Shown piece after piece: positions 1-12,341 of a stretch of 64,000 bases of DNA; the stretch's first letter is position 1, and the number at the start of each line of letters is the position of its first letter. The translations under genes and the position numbers were made by a program. Location: NCBI GenBank assembly GCA_011109175.1, contig RDEW01000038.1, forward strand, positions 367,155 through 431,154, written 5' to 3'. The notes under the pieces were generated by a model that made no database searches, was not told the origin of the DNA, and worked only from the letters and a program-made list of their open reading frames with translations. This DNA is from Dicyema japonicum. Lineage: Eukaryota > Animalia > Dicyemida.

Positions 1-294
1 AAATGTGAAGGTTTCTCTAATTTTTTCAAAGTAAGTAAAAGCACGCATTAATTGGATTAAAGAAAAAACACCTAGGTATTTAATTTTATTTTAATAAAAT
101 TTAAATACGTTTTTTGTTTATTTAAGGCATTTAAAAAAATTTATTTGCTCATTGTTCTTCAAAATTATTGATTTCATTTTTTCTAAGAGATAGCACTTAA
201 TTATAGCATTATAACATTTATAAACTACAAAAAATTGCATTTAAAAAATAAGCACTTAAAAATTTTGATTTTTTGAAAAAAGGAAAAAATAAGA

Positions 295-480
295 TTTGTA
301 GTGAAGATGCCAGAACTTTGATAGCACTGATTACTGCCGTTTCGAACCTTATCCAAAGTCGCTGCGAGGCTTCGAAGCAGCCTTCGTTCGACACTGGGAG
401 AAATGCATACGTCTTTATTAAAACAAAAATGTCAACTATTTGTTGAGCTCATTATAATATAGTTTTTGCACATTAGTGTC
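295..480 (+). mobile_element. degenerate mariner-like transposase C-terminal remnant
   Basis: Frame reads FEAAFVRHWEKCIRLY*, resembling the mariner W.KCI C-terminal motif; no TIR identified. Confidence 0.3.
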
Positions 481-1299
481 TATAAAATTTCTGTTTTTTC
501 TCATTAAAACTTTCGACTTTTTAATCCCCCACTCAACATAACATGTTGTTACAGAGTATCCGTTAAAATAGTAATAGTTGATTTTATATTTTGAATCTCC
601 CGTTCAGTTTTGAAATTTCATTATTTTCGAAATAGTATGTCACCAGAAAACTAACTACCCCATCCTGTGACACATGGTGAGGTGGTTATCCAAAAATTTT
701 TTCCTGGTTTTTATAACAGATACTTTATTCCCGATATTGATCAGTCGCCACCGAGATCTAGCCTTTAGGCACAATGGTACACGTGAAAGAGTTGTATATC
801 AGAATCAGTAATCAAGAGGACAAATGTGGACCTCAACCTTCTTAATGATTTCATATGGAGATGCAGTAAGGGAAGAATCAACAGCATTACAATACACAGA
901 TTGCTTCTGGAAAAGCAGTATTTCCCATCAATCTGTTCCCCCTTATCTGCAATTCGTGAATAATTACTGAAAAACCTAGAGTGGCCAACAATTTCATTTA
1001 TTTTTGTTAGAAATCTGTTTTACACTGGTCCTGCTGGTAAGTTTCCTCTTCGAATAAACGTAGCAAGGAGAGGTGCCTCGTAGAGAGGAATGTTTGCTTA
1101 ACAAATCTTTGAACTTTAATTGGCCAAGTTTATATACTTTATAGTTTTACGATATTTATAAGCAATTTTTATGACATTTAATTACAATCGTACAATTTGA
1201 ACAAATAGTGCCCAACAACTAACTCTGAATATTTCTTTGCTTTTTTTAAATCTGTTTCTTAAGACTCCCAATTAGTAAAAACTGAAAGTCCTTGATTTT

Positions 1300-1590
1300 T
1301 TGCTAAATTTGTGTCCCATGAGACCATGGCAGATGCTTGGCGTAATGAAGTGGCTATATAGGGCACCTAGCGTCGAAGAAAAAGAGTTCCTTGTCAAAGG
1401 AGTGCCAAGAAAGGAGAACATCGATCACTTGTCCATGTTAGTTACCACAACCTCACTAACATGTAAGAGACCGGCTACCATTAATCGTCCAACTGAGAAT
1501 GCTGGATGCTCCCACAAGTCCCTTAAAGGTATTGGTGGTCCAGATCCGAAATTCTTGTTAAATAAACAAATTAAAAAAATAATAATTTAA
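1300..1590 (+). CDS. possible terminal exon of an unidentified gene
   Basis: 96-codon open frame ending in the AT-rich spacer convergent with the mS38 gene; no family recognised and upstream exons unresolved. Confidence 0.2.
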   Translation: MLNLCPMRPWQMLGVMKWLYRAPSVEEKEFLVKGVPRKENIDHLSMLVTTTSLTCKRPATINRPTENAGCSHKSLKGIGGPDPKFLLNKQIKKIII

Positions 1591-1614
1591 ATAATTATAA
1601 CAAAAAAATCAAAA

Positions 1615-2185
1615 TCACATTCTTTTTAGTTTGACAATATAATCAAGAGAGAATCCCCGATCTCTGGCTCTCTCAAGCTCACATTTCATTTTCTCATTAA
1701 AGTCAACATTTTTGGCCTTCTCTAAGATCTCCTTTACTTGTTTGTTCAACATTTCTTGCAGTTTCACTTTTTTTGCCTCCTTTTTGAGGGCAATGTAGTA
1801 CTTGTTCTTTCTGAAGTATCTCTTCCTTCTGTGTTTCTTCATCTGCCGCCTTTTCATTGGGATACCCTTGTTCTTGTTCCGGCGGAATATACACAGAAAT
1901 TCCACAGGAAAGCAGAAGGGCTCATGGATTTCTGCTACTTTGGCCTCCGCGTAGTCAAGATCGAGGAATGTGTTATTTAGAACGGAATTAGTGGGGTAGA
2001 TTAACGGAATCTCGAGTTTTAGGGAACATACAAGCAAATTTGGTGTCATGAGACTCACACGTGGCCTGTATGTTGATGTAGTTATCGATCTTATGGTTTA
2101 TTTGAACATTGATGTTGTAAGCTGAGTTACTATCATTTTTATTAACAATCGTACTTTTATTTCTCGAAAATGAAATAAAGTTCAT
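1615..2185 (-). CDS. AURKAIP1: mitochondrial ribosomal protein mS38 / AURKAIP1-like; 5' exon structure uncertain
   Basis: Basic block KGIPMKRRQMKKHRRKRYFRK followed by a Lys/Glu helix matches the DUF1713/mS38 pattern. ATG at 2185 abuts an AT-rich promoter-like tract, and the upstream sequence is Ser/Thr/Arg-rich like a mitochondrial presequence. Confidence 0.6.
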
Positions 2186-4329
2186 ATCCTCACAAAGAGA
2201 TTATTATATTTTAAAATTTAAATTTTTATAAAAAAATTATTATTTATGTAAATAAAATAGAAAATTTAAGTAATTTTTTGGTTGAGGTGGTTGCGTGCCT
2301 CTCTTCCACAAATGTCTTTTCACGTTAGATATCTACTAGTCGTTCTTTCTTGGCACCTTAAAAAATACTCAATCCTATGTATAGCTGACAACGGAATATT
2401 GCAGATTGGAAATCCCTGTCTGATTACCCTCTAAACAACCTGCTCTCACAGTGGACTTGATTTGCAATCTGACAATAGGGGAACTTGGAAGAGGATATGT
2501 AGAAGGATACTGAAGAACAAGTAAACAATTAATTTATGATTTTCCTGGAGTACTTATTAAAAATGTAGAAAGTAACATAACAAAAGTAAATGGGGAAATT
2601 AATCCGATCTTTAGTTGAGGAGTTAATAGCACTCCCAAATTTTCAATAAGCATATGAATTCTTAGGGTTTTCTCTCGTGCCGTGCTTTTTACTATCCTTC
2701 CTACCAGTTTCTTTCATAAAATGTTATATGCACCTATATTGCTTTCACAGGTCCCAGCCGTTTTTCGGTGGACGACGTAATAGATAAGTGATTCTCACCC
2801 ATATGAGGATGGGATGGGCATCTATGAAGATTTCAGATAGATATTCGTTATTCTTCATCTGACATCTGTCGAGGAGTGCAGCATTATTTACGAGTTCTGT
2901 CTTTTATCCGTTTTTATGCCATAAAGCCCTACTGAAACGATCTTGTCATAAGTATTCTTTAAGTGACTTTGCTTGGAATGTAGTCGATTTTGTTTAATAT
3001 TTTTATTTTCTCTTCGCTCCTGATGAGTTTTGATAAACCCCTCCGAGTTTTAGATACAGATTTCGCTACTACGTTTAATTCCCGCTTTGAAATTACTGTC
3101 CCCTAAATAGAATTATCAACCTCATTTATTCCTGTGGGGAGCATACAAGAGATTGTTTTTTACACGATTAGGCCGTAACACTTGATGGCCGATTCAAAAT
3201 TGATCGGTGCACTGCACGGCGTCTGATGGGAGTAGCATTATCCGACAATTGCCATATTATGCATCCCCATCCATTTCACCCCCTGCAGGCTAATGTTCAA
3301 AAGCTGTAATGGAAAACTGAGTAGACAGACAGAGAGTACGAAAAACTGTCATTACAGAGGTGTCAACCACAATGCCTTACATAAATTATTTAATAGTTAC
3401 TCCATAATTGCAGGTTCTCTCCCCCTTTTACTTCGTTTAATTCTTGTGACGTCATATGATCCGCCACGGCATCAAAAGGATCATCCTTCGTCATTTGAAT
3501 GGATTATTCCCATGAGTTCCAGCCCTGTGGTTGTGGACGAGGAAATCCTTGGAAGGCTGATATAATTTGCGTCACGTTATTTGATCCTAATCCTATCAGT
3601 TTACAGAACATGTGAGAATATATTGAATGGAAATTAAATAGTTTGATAATGTTGCAGCGAAATGGCGCTCAGAACAAAACTAGCTACTCAATAAAACTTC
3701 ACAGTCCCCCAAGACTCCCATTTCCCTCACTTCCTCCAACCATTCCGCCCAAACTGGAAATCCCAAAAACTAGCCCTCCGTCGATAATGAGCATCCTTCA
3801 CAGGAATTCACTCTCTAAGTCTGAAGCCCACAAGTAAGCATATTCTCTCACTCTAGAAAAAGTTCTGCGAAAGATGAGAATTTAGGTTCGTTTAACCTTA
3901 TTATTAGCCTCTAAATATAATACAAGTAACTCAGTTCCAACGAGGAATAATAACTTTGGTTTGTTTGGGGGGTAATATTAGGCGCCAAACCTGACCTTAA
4001 GCATAGGAGAGACTTGAGCCCATTCAGAGATGAGAACACGGGTTCGTTCTGTTTTAATTTGAGATCCCAAATATTTGACGACAAGTGGGAAAGACTCGAT
4101 TCCTTACCAAGATACTATTTCTAGTCTCTTTGGTTGTAATATTAGACTCGAAATATACATTTACCCCCATTTCTGGTATTCCACTTCCCCCAGAATTTAC
4201 TAATGCATTCGGTCGTTCCGTGAATAATTAATAATTATTGATTATAATATTTCCTATTATTTTTGTCCCCAAAATCATTTGGATAGGAGTCCTCAACTAA
4301 GTGGTCTCAGTTTCCCGGTTGAGTGAGAC

Positions 4330-5620
4330 ACGTCCATATCCCCTATTATGAGAACTCCTCCATTGGAGTAGAGAAGAGAAAGATCCTTTTTGGATGCTGA
4401 TCAGGTACTGGGCGTCTCCTGCGACAGGTGGATGATATATGCCCTCTTAGGATTCGAAGAAGACCAAGAGTAAAAAGGACTCCTGTGGTGTTAGAAGGAA
4501 TCAAACTATCTAAGCGGTCCCCTTTTCCATGGTCATGTGCGACCTCTCTCAAGTCCTCCTGATGTTCCCGCATCTCAGTTTACTCTGACTTACTTGAGAT
4601 CTAAATCAAGTATACAGGAAGTGCGACTCTTGGGCGTCCACAGAAACGTGGTCTAGTCTTACCAAAGTATTCCTCCGTCGCAATGTTTGTGGGTGTATCC
4701 ATTCTTAATATGTGTCCGAAGAGCCTCCACCTCAAATCAGTACTCTCGAGCTTTGACTTTTCTCACGTTCGGTGAATTGACGACAGAACTGGTTTAACAA
4801 AGGTTCCGGTCCTCCAAGACTCATACCTCCATCACTTCCTCTATCCTCAGCCGAAATGATATACTTGATCGTCTGTGGTCAATCCAGTTATTTTTGACTG
4901 TCTCCAAGTAAGGGCCCGAGCTTATTGGTCTTCCTCGATGGCTCATCCGATTTTCTTTGCATCCTTCTGATATCCACTGGTTCCGTTTTGGGAACATTCA
5001 CCTAAAGAACCTTTTGAAGTTCATTATGAACTTCTAATAGGCAAAGAAGAGCTATTTCTTGATAATGAAGTCGACGTGGAAAGCATAAATGGATTCATGC
5101 CATCTTCATAAAACTTTCGAAGGTCATGGAGCACCGTCTCCAAGTAAAGGTAGTCCCTTTGAGGAGTACCCACATTATATGCGAATATTATTGGTATAGC
5201 TCTGCCAATTCGAACTCAGAATCTTGCGGATAAAAGAACTCATCATCACATAGTCCAGAAATCCTACTGCCTTCCAAGGATTATATCTTTGGTTGACAGA
5301 GGCGCCATTTGTGACCTCAACCATATCCGTCCTTGATCTCCCAGTCCTGAATCCTCTATGACTTGATACCAGATAGTTGTCCACTTGATCTTTGATACGA
5401 TTCAATAGGACTAATGCCCAGACTTTCCATAGAATATTAAGCAAGATAACCGATCGTAGAAAAGAATACCCCCGATTTACTTACGGAAAAGCAATCTGTC
5501 CAAAGCAAATGAGGGAATCAATAACTACGAATGCGAATCGATTAATTAATGCATTTGCTTTATTGGGGGTAACTCAAACCTTCATGAGCACAGTTATCCT
5601 CGCTAATTCTCCATAAATCA
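4330..5620 (-). mobile_element. decayed RTE-clade non-LTR retrotransposon fragment
   Basis: LLNRIKDQVDNYL..HRGFRTGRSRTDMV (RT N-terminal motifs) and C-terminal EDLREVAHD; multiple stops and frameshifts. Confidence 0.65.
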
Positions 5621-5988
5621 GAAATATGGTTGAAGGGATTTTATATCAGCTGTCATAGGGATTACCACAATTTAGACATCCAACATTAAAAAAAGACCAT
5701 ATCCACTAGCAAGCAAATTATTTGGATGTTACTCGTAAGGGAAAAAAGTTTGATCTCTTCGTTACATCGTAGGCTATTTTATCCACGATCAGGTGACTCA
5801 CATTGATGTTCCAAGAATATTGGTCCCTATTGTTGATAAGAACTCTCAATATATCCTGAGTACCTTTATATATAATGATTGATTATGAACTCAAAATACC
5901 CACGCAGTTGATTCTCCCATTGCTTCCAAATTACATGGAAGGGTTTCCCCAACTTTTGTGCATTTATATTTTATTAACTCCAGTTTCG

Positions 5989-6190
5989 CTAACATGTAGG
6001 AAACTGGCAACCGCAAGACAGAACGCAGTGCAAGCAAAGAGATCCTAAACTTCTATCCCAGCAAGAGAGATGATGTCCACATCGTAAACGAGAACGTTCC
6101 ACTCTGAAAGCCCTCGGAAGAAGCAGTTCTGAAGCGCTAATCTCAGGAGGTATACGCTCCACTATATTGTTCTCCTCGAGGGTTCGCATT
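5989..6190 (-). mobile_element. 3' remnant of an Ingi/Vingi-like LINE
   Basis: RSRLRCGHH...CLHC matches the C-terminal LQCGHHP..CPFC motif of the element at 58492-61658. Confidence 0.45.
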
Positions 6191-7061
6191 TGGGGATGTC
6201 TACTTTCTTAGCTGCTTTTCAAAGTGGGAATTTATTTTTATTAAATTTAGTACAATTTATTGACTTATTTTCGCTACGTCCCATTTAGTATAATGGCTAT
6301 GTTCGAGGATGAATTGAGACGTAACTCTGGTGTTTATTGCTTAGTTCTAGTGCCATATGCTTAGAAGACATCGAATGCGCAAACTTTCGGAAACATAGAA
6401 GCACCAAATGCGTTTATGTCACTGTCAAATGGCTAAAATTGGAGGAACTTATAAGAATTGTCTCCCTTAGGGAGAACAAGGGACTTGGCTATTAATTCTC
6501 AAACGTTAGCCACGTCCAAAGTAAGTACTCTTTACTGAAAGTTCGCCCATAATTTGGGAGATTGACAGAGAAGGCATAATAAAGATTCACTGGCATAAAG
6601 TAAGCTACTCTTGTCTGACAGTTTGGTCCATAATTTGGGAGATGGGAATAGAAGGTGTACTACTTCCGTTTAATCCTTGTCATAAAGAGTAAAAATTAGC
6701 GTTTAAGGTCGGCACAACTAATCGAGTCGTATTTACGAGTATATCTTTTTGTGATAAAAGAAATTTGTACAGTAACTTCCAGTTGATCTCCCAGTCCGAT
6801 CGTACTAATCACCACCGAATACAAATAACGGCCGTCTACCACATAATCTACGCCTTCAGCCTTAATAAAGAAAACTTCCCTAAGAGTGCGTCATTCCAGG
6901 AAGAGAAATCAGTCAAACTAGCAAGAAATCAAAAGGTGTGAGTCCACATGAACTGATGTCGTGACCCCAATGTAAATTAAGCATAATTTAAATTATCGAT
7001 TCACTAACGATTAGTGAGTTTTCTGACAAAATATTAAAACCACATGTTTTGAAAGCCGCAG

Positions 7062-7499
7062 TCAATTTATAATCATATTAAACAAATCCACGGGACTCAG
7101 ACTCTTTGAGTACATCGATAATTCCTGGCACTTGCAGAGTCGACTGTCACTCTAATCTGTTAGGGAATCACCAACCGACCAGTACAAGTGGGAGCACTTG
7201 TAGCAGTATATCAGATAGACGGGATAGGTGTCTTCCAGTTTACTGAATAACTCAACATAGCTCAGTCTCCAGTTTATTTTCGAGTCTTCGACCACTTGGA
7301 TTTCTTCTAAGGAGTCATTCCTTATTTTTTCGTAGATCAGAAATCTCCAGATGACCTCCCCCGACAATATCCTATAGAATAACTTGCACGCGCGTCGAAT
7401 ATTGTCCAGATCGTCAGGATCTTCAACGTACTTTAATATGTTAAAGACAATATTCAAAGGGAGATCGTCAAAGAAACTGAAATGTCTTCTATCCCCCAT
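7062..7499 (-). CDS. F-box protein (24-nt intron 7152-7175); may extend upstream
   Basis: FDDLPLNIVFNILKYVEDPDDLDNIRRACKLFYRIL...IW is an F-box. A GT-AG intron restores a Cys-containing C-terminus (CYKCSHLYWSSDSRLCKC) ending at TGA 7062-7064. Confidence 0.8.
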
Positions 7500-7693
7500 G
7501 GCCACCTCAGAGTAATGTTATGAACAACTTTATCGACGAAAGAGCGCGTCGCCCTGCAGGCCAATTCATGTTGAGACCAAAGCATCGAGGACCCCACGCA
7601 CTCTTTGCGATTCTCGAGGACCAATTTGGCTGTCCTCAGGAGATCCCTGACAATCCGAACATTGTGTCTTAAATAAAGGACCAAATATAATCA

Positions 7694-8158
7694 TCAAATA
7701 CTTCTTTTAGAAAAACTGGACAAAATCAGAAACAGTTTCTTCTGACTGTATCCCCCAAGTTGATTGCAGTTTTCAAGCAGAATTTTGATAATCTGAGTTT
7801 TAAAACCGAAAACCCTAGAAATGTAAAGCAGCATCTGAAAGTCGGCGCCAATGTAGCTTATTTCGATAAAGTTAATCAGGTCGTCTATATTTGTCCTGAT
7901 TTTGACTTCTGAGGAGAATTTACGCCTGTAAAATAAATTGGACATTTTTCTGAGTCCAATAGGAATGATATTTTCGTTTATAAATGATTTTTCGCAAATT
8001 CTGGTGGGTTTTAACACTTTTAACCTCTCAAATAATTTGCTCTCGAGGTCTTTAACGATTATACTTCTAATGTATTTTCTTTCGGTCCAACCATAATTTA
8101 ATTTGATATATGCGTCATCCTCAAAGAAGAACATTTTGTATTTGCTGTTAATTAACAT
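7694..8158 (-). CDS. hypothetical protein, possibly the 5' exon of the F-box gene
   Basis: 154-codon ORF starting next to an AT-rich spacer (8160-8250); no family recognised. Confidence 0.5.
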   Translation of the reverse strand: MLINSKYKMFFFEDDAYIKLNYGWTERKYIRSIIVKDLESKLFERLKVLKPTRICEKSFINENIIPIGLRKMSNLFYRRKFSSEVKIRTNIDDLINFIEISYIGADFQMLLYISRVFGFKTQIIKILLENCNQLGGYSQKKLFLILSSFSKRSI

Positions 8159-10075
8159 TTTATTAATTTTTGGATTAACCGGATTAAATATTTAAAATTT
8201 TAATTTTTAATAAAATTTAAAATTAATTCAAATTTTATTATTTAAATAAAAATGTCGTTCAATATTGGTCTTCATTGTAAGCCATCAAGTTCCTTGATCT
8301 CGTCGTCTCTGTTTGTGATGTTTATAGACTTATGTGTGGTACAGAGTAAGCAAGGTGGACAAAATCTGAAATCCATAATTTCGGCATTCTGAAAGAAGTG
8401 ACGTCACCAGTATTGCTAATGGAATTTAGCACTACTTGCCAAACCAATTTATCAGTTGTTTTCACCATTTCATGACCCCGAGTGAGTAAAAATCATACAT
8501 TGAAGAATTTGTAGAATAACTCTACCTCATCATGGAAGGCCATCAATTGGCCACTACGAAGGAACATATCAATCATATTTCCATTTTAAACAATCGACAT
8601 ATCGCATCATTATTTTAGCCATCTATAAACCCAAAAACATTTGGAGCAGTAATCTAAATAATTTTATTTGCTCTAAATACTAAAGTTGGCTAATCAAGTG
8701 AGTTTTTATGTCCCTCATATTAGACTGGTGTATCTTCTCACCATAAAACCCCTCATCTTCCATGTCTACGTGTGACGCAATTAATGTACGATTGAACTTT
8801 TTGTCGATAATTTAAATTATGCAGAATATTTGTGCTTACTCTCACTTCCTAGTTACAGTAAAACATTTTATTTTAAGAGCAGACAACATCCCTGTCCCAG
8901 AGACGTCGACTTGCAAAGTTCGTCGACCGGCAGCCAACCGTAGCATTAGCCTCTGGTCATCATGGGAGAATAAAAAGCCCAACACCTCACTACTTGTCTT
9001 TGGACGAAATGCACTGAGAACAGCGGATGCTGACTCAGCCCACTACCAAGCGTGTAGACATTGCTGGACACATGTCCCCCATAGGTTTTGGTTTTCGTTC
9101 CGTGTTCTCTGTAACAACAGATACACTTAATGAAATCTGGGAGAGTCCGCTTTTGGTAGTTACTTTTCTGTTATTCACTGGTTTCGTTCACTTGAAAGGA
9201 CGGGGGGTAAATGAATAATAAAAAAGAGGTGGAAACGAGGGGTTCAGATAAGGTGATACTTACATAAAATACACAACACAAATTAATATGAGATATCGGG
9301 GATAAGGTCATGAATTGCAGAGCTTACTGGTTCCTTTGAAAAGTCGTGATTCTCGGAGACCAAATATCACTGTCAAAAATTTCCTTGTGATGCTATTAAG
9401 GGGAACATGTAAGACAGAGTTAGGGGAAATAATCATAAAACATTGCATAGAGCGGATAATGTTTCGAATTTGATACGAAAACTAATAAAAATAATATTTT
9501 TTTGCTAAAAGTTAAATCAGGGTCATCGTTTTTTTTCCTACGTTGATAGCAGATATGTGGAGGGCAAAAAAGAAAAGGCTGATTGAGCGCATTTTTATAC
9601 GAGGGAATCACAAAAGCTGTTTATTAAATTAAATAAAATTGAACATTTGATGATTATTGGGTACGAAGTGGTGACCCCAGAACTCTTCAAACAAGACAAT
9701 ACTCGTATGATCATGATGGGTAAATGTCAATGTAATAAGTGCATGCAACCTTAGTTAGTATGAGAAATGTGGCCATCGGTGATTCCAGCTTATACTAGTA
9801 TCGCCCCTTTCTATTCAACACGCTTTAGATATACGTGGAATTTTCAGAGCTATGAAGCGACACGCAATCTTCCAACAGGAACTACGAGATAGTTGTCTAG
9901 TCACAAAGCTTGTGTATTACTTAGCGACTTTTATTAAACATCAGGAATTTCAAGATAGGTTTCAGAAAAGTGGCAAACGAGAACCAAAATTAATGACTGA
10001 AACTTAATAAACATTCTTGTTTAAACACTAAAATAACATTTAAAAATTAAATAAATTAAAAATAAATAGCGGGCA

Positions 10076-11844
10076 ATGTCTTGTTTGTATTGTGATACAT
10101 TTGGTAATGATCCAAAATGTACTCATGACCAGTCAGAAGTTCTCATAAGAATAAAAAACGACTGGGAACTTCGTGAGGCAGTCCGAATAACCAAAAAATT
10201 GTACTTTTCCCAATAAACATAGAACTCTCAAAAAAGCCCTGGATAGATACTACGGCAATGATCCCCTCGCAATCTGGCTTAGGTTATCGATATACTTATT
10301 ATTAGTTACTTGGAAGAAGTTAAGGGTTTCCTCACTCCAAATGAAATCTTCGATGAGTTGAGAGATTGCATAACAGACTTCATGCGCTATTCTGAGTGGT
10401 TGAGGGACACTAGATTTATCGATTTGTGCATTTCCTACGTTTCTTGTTATTTCTATTTCAGGCCACCAGAGAGAGACACTTGTTTGTACTCAACAGACTC
10501 GGTGTAGGCACGGACAGCGGTAAGTTTTATATTTGTTGGGCCCGATTGTGCGAGGTTGAGAAAAAGACTGAAATGGCGGAGATTGTTTTCAGACAGGGCT
10601 TGAATTCCATGGATCGGCCAATAAAGGAATTAAAGGACGAATTTAACGAGTTTCTGGCTAGAAAAAGGGCTCAGAATGTGCACACCAAAACCGCAAAGCT
10701 ACAATTTGACCTGAAGTTGACCAAGAAATTCAACACCGATTGTTTTGAAGAATTGAATTACATAATGAACTTCAAATCTTCTGTCCCCCATAGTATAAGG
10801 CGCTTAAAGTCTGTTAAAATTCAGAAAAACTGTTTTGACGTCTTCCTTTTGCGTGATAATACCTCATTTGAAGAGAACGCATCAATGCATCACATCGATC
10901 AGAATTTTGATTATATTTTCGCGGTTTTTGTTTAAATTTGAATTTCAGGTTACCAAAGGAATGCGTCCGGCGACGTGGTGGCCTTTCAAAAACGGGAAAT
11001 ACCGGTTTGTGAAAACTATCATGCGTGATCCCCTTTTTTTCAAAGTGGAGTCTGCTAATGGTCACGTGGGGTCTGCTGTGGTGAGCTGTTGGTTGTATTG
11101 GCAGATTTTTTTTGAAAGGAGTTTGCTGAAGCAGTTTAGAATCACTCAGAAAATAAAGGCTGAGTTGGGGGAGAATAACCCCTTTCAGAGCTTCCACAGT
11201 GTCTTTGCCTTGAAGAACGCTTATTTTCTGGTGGGGGATGACGTGAAATATTTGGGAAGACTGTCGGTTTGGTATGTCTTCATTCCAGGACTTGGTGGTT
11301 AGACTGCAACTGGTTAATGAGCCCGCCATAAGCGTGTTTCTGGCTTCCCATCTGATCAGACTTATAGTGACATTGCATTCAATTGGGGTTGTTCACGGAA
11401 ATATCCACGTGGGATGTTTTTTGGTCTCTACCCTGTTAGGCTGATGTCTTATTAAAGGCCAGTGTCTGCTGACGGTTTCAACTTTGACTCCCAAATACTG
11501 AAACTGTGTGACTTTAGAGGGGCTGTGGACGACGGAAATGGGGATTTTAAGGTAGATGGGTTGTCTTATTATGGTGGGACTACCGAGGAGTGATGACTGT
11601 GATTAGGTCTCTGTTCGGGGCTGAGGATGGAAGATTTGCAGAGTTGTTGCTATTTGGTAGTTTAGTGTGGGCTGGAATCTTGGGTGGATTGATGATATTT
11701 TTGAGGAAATGGAATGGGGTTCCCGATGTGGTTGAGAAGACCTTGAAAGTATGGGAACGCAATTTTATGGTTTTATTCAGTGGCAAATACCGTTGTTCCC
11801 TCTTGTCTGAGATTGGGAAGATTGTAATGACCATTAATAATTAA
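10076..11844 (+). CDS. BUB1B: BubR1/Bub1 (Mad3-Bub1) family spindle-checkpoint protein with degenerate kinase domain, ~535 aa, 7 micro-introns
   Basis: Introns 10201-10222, 10283-10305, 10439-10461, 10924-10948, 11267-11288, 11435-11457 and 11552-11574 (GT-GG) give one 1608-nt frame. It has the Mad3/BUB1 TPR region (YYGNDPLAIW, LGVGTDSGKFYICWA, FRQG..P) and kinase remnants (VVHGNIH, LKLCDFRGAVD, WDYRG...SLFG). Confidence 0.85.
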
Positions 11845-12341
11845 TTTTGTTGTTGTATTTGAGGTTATTGTTGTGAGGTTAATGATTAAGCAAGGATTAA
11901 ATAGGTGCTGAATGTAAAATAAGGAAACATTTGTAATAATCCTATTTTATTTATGAATTGAATGTGGGTAGAGGAGAGAGGGAATAAGGACTGGCTGGAA
12001 GTTAACTTTTCTAAGAGGAGAATGGCTAACAGTTAGGATATTTGAATCTAGTTAATAATACTGCACTTTACGAAGGGACATATCATTATCTATCGTGATC
12101 CTAAGAGGAAGGATCAGCCACCAAAAAAATCAGAAGTAATCAGGATAACCCTGATTAATGCCCGCTCTCTTCTGAAGGGCTTCAGAGCTGACTGCATTAG
12201 TCAGCACAGTGCATATGGATGTTTTGATAGTAAATGAGACGAAGATCAAGAAGGGAAGTTCTTTTAAACTTAATGGATTTTCATCAATTGATATTCCTTG
12301 GAAGAAGGGTTCTATTTCTGGAACTGGAACTTCGATTTATT

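Noticed and set aside
3019-3045. Hammerhead core CTGATGAG
   Set aside because: No stem II followed by GAAA; the same applies to the matches near 42637 and 60275.
10814-11329. 171-aa minus-strand ORF
   Set aside because: Antisense shadow of the BubR1 kinase exon.
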